Below, piece by piece: positions 62,761-64,000 of a DNA stretch of 64,000 nucleotides. The DNA lies in assembly GCA_976226885.1 (NCBI GenBank), contig OZ320318.1, positions 77,252,001 through 77,316,000 of the forward strand. The letters are read 5' to 3'. Every line of letters starts with the position of its first letter. The first letter of the stretch is position 1. The DNA comes from Iphione sp. A-MEVVRFRX5. Taxonomy: Eukaryota. A program made the translations under genes and the position numbers. Under the pieces are notes generated by a model. It searched no databases. It saw only the letters and a program-made list of their open reading frames with translations, and was not told the origin of the DNA.

Positions 62761-64000
62761 GAGGAAATGAAAACCACTGCGAGTTTACATTGGGAAAGAT
62801 AGAACAGAGACATGCCTACCGATGCGTTGTACTCAATCTCACTAAAAGCTCATACCATACCAGAAGAAATGCAAGTATTTTATAGCTATGTAAGCCTTAG
62901 GAAAACAGACACACACCGATACACTGTAGCGTAGCTAGTGCGCTCGAGGGCCAGTCCTCTTCCATGTTTATTGTTGAACAGCATAACAGATGAATAACTT
63001 GTGCAAATAAAAGAGGGAAGATTATTTAGTCGGGATGGAACATGTTGCCCACCATTACTGGTTTTAGAGTTCTGATTAATTGCTGCCATGTGGCTTGCTT
63101 TTAGAATCATATTTTGAGTGAGAAGAAGGCATAACATTACTGAACATACTACCAGACTGATTTTGGATAGGAGAGGTCCATTTGTCCTTTCTGCCAGTCT
63201 GGTCTTAAACAAGGAAGGTTACGCAGTACATTACGCTAGGTTGGCGTTAAACAAGAGAGGTTATTACCCCGGTTTGGTGTCAGGTATTACAGGTTTCTCA
63301 GTACATTGCACAAAACTTGGGTTAAATAAAACGCTACTTAAAGAAGACTTTACCTTTCATATTTCCCATATAAAACGTGACGATAATATACAAGTAATGA
63401 TTCACAAATGCAAATCAAAGAACTGATCAATGCTCGCGTATGCATGGCGCCTTTTACGCAATCCGCATAACAGCTAATAACCAGACTAATGCCCCATCAC
63501 TCTGCGCTCATAGCCGCATGCCGTGGCCACCGTCAGTCGGCGCATCTCGCCACGTTAAGGCGGCATCTGGGCAACTAAGTGACACTCGAGTCTAGAGCAA
63601 GTTAATGTCAGTGGCGCCCCCGAGAGGCCAGCATCACTGACACCTCCTGGCGGCGACTGTCGGATCTGCTACTAACTGAGCGGCTCTTGGCTGAATTAGG
63701 TCGAGACGAGTGGGTTTGAGCCGTGCCGATATGTGGCCTCGCCGCCCTTTCCGCATCGATAAACGTCGCTCCTCACTTGTGGAACGCGGCGTCCAATTGT
63801 CTATCCTTGTTTGTGGGGTGTCCAACTGTACTGAGCTGGACAGCCCTTTGCCCCCGAAATGGAAATGGACCGGAGCACTCTTGACTGACTGCATATGAAG
63901 TTTTCACTAAATGCTAAATAGGCGGGAAAGGGCACCGCAACTTTCTACGCAGCGAAGGAAAGCAAAAGGTAACATCTTGGAGAAAAGTTTTAAAGAATGG

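Overview
AT-rich (roughly 40% GC) eukaryotic DNA, probably from an invertebrate animal (inferred from spliceosomal introns, a tRNA-type SINE and the TE spectrum). I recognise no host protein-coding gene; the window is essentially a transposon landscape with one N gap. Two young elements dominate. (1) A giant 14,767-bp PIF/Harbinger DNA transposon (34193-48959; TAA target duplications, 19-bp TIRs). It carries an apparently intact 5-exon DDE transposase and a Myb/SANT partner gene that seems to have two interchangeable first exons. It also carries two extra spliced genes: a 597-aa basic/coiled-coil protein and a 79-aa CxxC...CxxC micro-exon protein. (2) A 3,753-bp Ngaro-type tyrosine-recombinase retrotransposon (54637-58389, minus strand) with identical split direct repeats, a damaged pol, and a YR gene deleted before its catalytic domain. 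Its gag and pol are joined by a single in-frame UGA-CGG followed by an extended stem-loop, a candidate programmed readthrough signal. The remainder is MITEs (one with a 5-bp TSD), a tRNA-derived SINE, heavily decayed Gypsy and LINE fossils, and simple or tandem repeats. All gene models were spliced and translated by hand; none is confirmed by transcripts or database searches.
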